A stretch of DNA of 64,000 bases. Origin: Octopus sinensis (taxonomy: Eukaryota). Shown piece by piece: positions 62,882 to 64,000 of the stretch (position 1 is the stretch's first letter; each line of letters begins with the position of its first letter). The position numbers were made by a program, and so were the translations under genes. Under the pieces are notes generated by a model. It was not told the origin of the DNA, did no database searches, and worked only from the letters and a program-made list of their open reading frames with translations. The stretch lies in NCBI RefSeq assembly GCF_006345805.1, contig NC_043007.1, forward strand, positions 63,674,001 through 63,738,000, read 5' to 3'.

Positions 62882-64000
62882 TATTTTATATTATTACTTG
62901 TGTATATATGTCTTATTGATCATAGTTACTCCAAGTGTTATAGTTTTGATCTCTTTTCATAACTACAATAGTTAACACCAAATAAAGAAGCATCTACCTA
63001 GTTTCTCAACTACCATCATTCTACCATCTTAAAAAAATATGACAGAAAGAAAAAATATTAAACATGGGATGGTCACAGCTGGAAATCTATTGATCATAGG
63101 TTTACATGATTAGGGCTGACCTAGAGGCCAAAACCACCACACTAATTTGCAGTTTAGGTTTTTGATTTATTGATATAAAAAGATATATGGAAAACATTTT
63201 TTTTTATTGGTGTGGAGGAAGAGGGCAATATCTTTGATTTTCACCAGTCCTCAGAGGTCACTAAGATTGATGTGGGTCACATTCCTTTTGATGAGTCTTA
63301 AGTCAATGGCTACAGGATAAGAATGTGCAGGGAAAAAATTCCTGAGGGCTAACATTCTGAAGAGGAAGTTATATTCTTTTTAAAAAGATTTCATTACAAT
63401 CATTGCTCTGATTACATTATTTCAGATATACTTGTATATTAAGGCTTTGTCAGTTCCTTTAATCTAATAATACTAGTACTAGTTCCCTAACACTTTTAGC
63501 ATTCTTTCATCTATTTCCAATTTACAAAATACACTTCAATAATATATGAAAACTGTTGAATTCTTTTAAAAATAAATGTCACCATAACTTTTGTTGAAAA
63601 GCTATTGAGCTTTGTTCTGTCTCCTTAGATTTGTGTTGTTCATAGTAATAAAACATTTCCTATGGCTACACAATATTATTTGCTAACCATAGCTCTGATT
63701 TTATTTGCCTATTTATTATTTTTTTTTTCAATCTTAAAATTCTCATATTATATATGAATAAATATAACTTAGAATTTATCTAGACTGAATTCAGTTTATT
63801 CAACTTAGTAGCTGTGTCTCTGCAGTCAATATACTACCAGTATTTTTTTTTCTCTGTCAATATATACATGTATATATGCAGTGACTACATATTCCTCAAA
63901 ACAAATCAAAGAATATACGTACATTGTTTCTTTAGCTTTCTGAAGAATTTGAACACACATTATAAGAATTTTTCTACGATTTAGATCACTTATTTCATCA

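Overview
AT-rich, repeat-dense eukaryotic (metazoan) genomic DNA. The repeat repertoire (RTE LINEs with (GAT)n tails, several tRNA-derived SINE families, AC/AT microsatellites) points to a coleoid cephalopod such as Octopus; this is inference. Three spliced genes can be reconstructed by hand from splice sites and phase continuity. (1) The last four coding exons of BCKDHA on + (4909-10148). (2) A complete four-exon EIF1AD on + (14133-27068, 217 aa). (3) A nine-exon FAM194-domain gene (C3orf20/ERICH6-like) on - (58749-35619, about 474 aa), whose first coding intron has U12 (minor spliceosome) signals. The remainder is mostly transposon sequence: a young RTE nested antiparallel in an older RTE, Tc1, mariner, piggyBac, Gypsy, Hero/R4-type non-LTR elements, a foldback element and a Helitron end. 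Most notable observations: a tandem array of a covarying double-hairpin unit in the RTE 3' UTR; a PHD finger inside the RTE reverse transcriptase; several short near-exact local duplications, three of exon sequence into introns (one a perfect 29-bp antisense copy that could act as an ADAR editing-complementary sequence) and one of a mariner fragment; a TSD-flanked CpG-rich structured 212-bp insertion; and hammerhead-like motifs in small retroelements. No prokaryotic system or CRISPR array is present.
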